Below the pieces are notes generated by a model, which saw nothing but the letters and a program-made list of their open reading frames with translations, made no database searches and was not told the origin of the DNA. From Naegleria gruberi (taxonomy: Eukaryota): 64,000 nt of DNA. Location of the stretch: assembly GCA_000004985.1 (NCBI GenBank), contig GG738845.1. One strand, given 5' to 3'. This document shows positions 63,539-64,000 of this stretch, one piece after another (position 1 is the stretch's first letter; each line of letters starts with the position of its first letter). Made by a program: the position numbers and the translations under genes.

Positions 63539-64000
63539 ATGCTCTTCAATTCATTTTTGCGTAGCGTCTCAAAGTCGGCATGTTTAAACAAATCGTCATC
63601 AATATATTTTAATAACATTGCCCGTTCATTCCATTCTTCCATAACACAATGTATTGAAACAAACTTTATTAGTGAAAAACCAACATTGATGAAAGAAGAT
63701 TTTAAATTATCAGACCTCGATAAAAAACCAAATGTTACTTCAAGAGAAAGAAGGAGAAGAAGAATTATTTCTATTGAAAAGAACAAGAGAGAACAAACCG
63801 GAGCTACCAGTCTCACTGATGAAATTTATAACAAGAGACCAATCATAGAATTTCCAAATCGTTACTTTGCTCTCTACATTCCTTCTGTAGTTAACAAGAC
63901 ATCAAAAGTTGTTTTCCATGTTCCTATGGATTATACAAAGCCCGAAATTAAGGAATATTTAGAAACATATTACGGTCTTAAAATTAAAGATGTAACTACA
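63539..64000 (+). CDS. Mitochondrial ribosomal protein uL23 (MRPL23-like); 3'-truncated by the window end
   Basis: ATG at 63539. The frame stays open through nt 64000, so it is absent from the ORF track, which lists only complete ORFs. The N-terminus looks like a targeting presequence ('MLFNSFLRSVSKSACLNKSSS'). Then 'FPNRYFALYIPS' and 'KVVFHVPMDYTKPEIKEYLETYYGLKIKDVTT' match the uL23 core (human MRPL23 'FRTNFFIQLVRP', '[32 protein letters not shown]'). Confidence 0.6.
   Translation, partial: MLFNSFLRSVSKSACLNKSSSIYFNNIARSFHSSITQCIETNFISEKPTLMKEDFKLSDLDKKPNVTSRERRRRRIISIEKNKREQTGATSLTDEIYNKRPIIEFPNRYFALYIPSVVNKTSKVVFHVPMDYTKPEIKEYLETYYGLKIKDVTT

Noticed and set aside
63514-63816. 100-aa minus-strand ORF listed in the track
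   Set aside because: It overlaps, in antisense, a plus-strand frame that encodes a recognisable uL23m protein. It has no features of its own.
1-64000. CRISPR arrays, transposons, rRNA genes, prokaryotic operons or defence islands
   Set aside because: None were seen. There are no direct-repeat/spacer arrays, no terminal inverted repeats or transposase/integrase ORFs, and no Shine-Dalgarno-driven operon structure. The sequence is eukaryotic nuclear DNA with spliceosomal introns.
1-64000. Ciliate (Tetrahymena/Paramecium) or Trichomonas origin
   Set aside because: TAA and TAG terminate well-conserved proteins here, which rules out the ciliate nuclear code. Mitoribosomal and methylmalonyl-CoA mutase genes argue against a hydrogenosome-bearing parabasalid.

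Overview
This is a gene-dense, AT-rich (roughly one-third GC) eukaryotic nuclear region using the standard genetic code (TAA, TGA and TAG all act as stops). Open reading frames are long, and the few introns I inferred are all short (about 39-60 nt) GT-AG introns with GTAAGT/GTATGT/GTACGT donors. Spacers between genes are often under 150 bp. The window contains both flagellar/ciliary genes (IFT52, a CCDC153/DRC12-like coiled-coil protein, a Hook-domain protein) and aerobic-mitochondrial genes (methylmalonyl-CoA mutase, a mitochondrial ribosomal protein uL23 fragment, a possible NDUFB8-like protein). That combination, with the low GC, short introns, compactness and N/Q/S-rich proteins, suggests a free-living flagellated amoeba of the Naegleria (Heterolobosea) type; this is inference only. 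I could support about 35 protein-coding genes and one tRNA-Ser(AGA). Among the recognisable genes are exportin-7, VPS33, triosephosphate isomerase, BOP1/Erb1, CDC73, PHF5A, SmG, an ABCF ATPase, a tuberin/RalGAP-type RapGAP protein, an SNAPC3-like protein, a RIC1-like protein, a MORN-repeat gene and an FG-nucleoporin. I saw no transposons, CRISPR arrays, rRNA genes or prokaryote-style defence or accessory islands; this looks like ordinary chromosomal sequence. The most notable items are a kinesin-like gene with non-canonical switch I/II motifs and a C-terminal PH domain, a divergent flagellar gene pair (IFT52 and the DRC12-like gene) whose ATGs are 140 bp apart, a tRNA gene wedged between two same-strand protein genes, and extremely tight head-to-tail and tail-to-tail gene packing (same-strand spacers down to 7 bp, convergent stop codons 1-13 bp apart). 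Several ORF-track starts are non-ATG (TTG/GTG) and I moved them to the first in-frame ATG.
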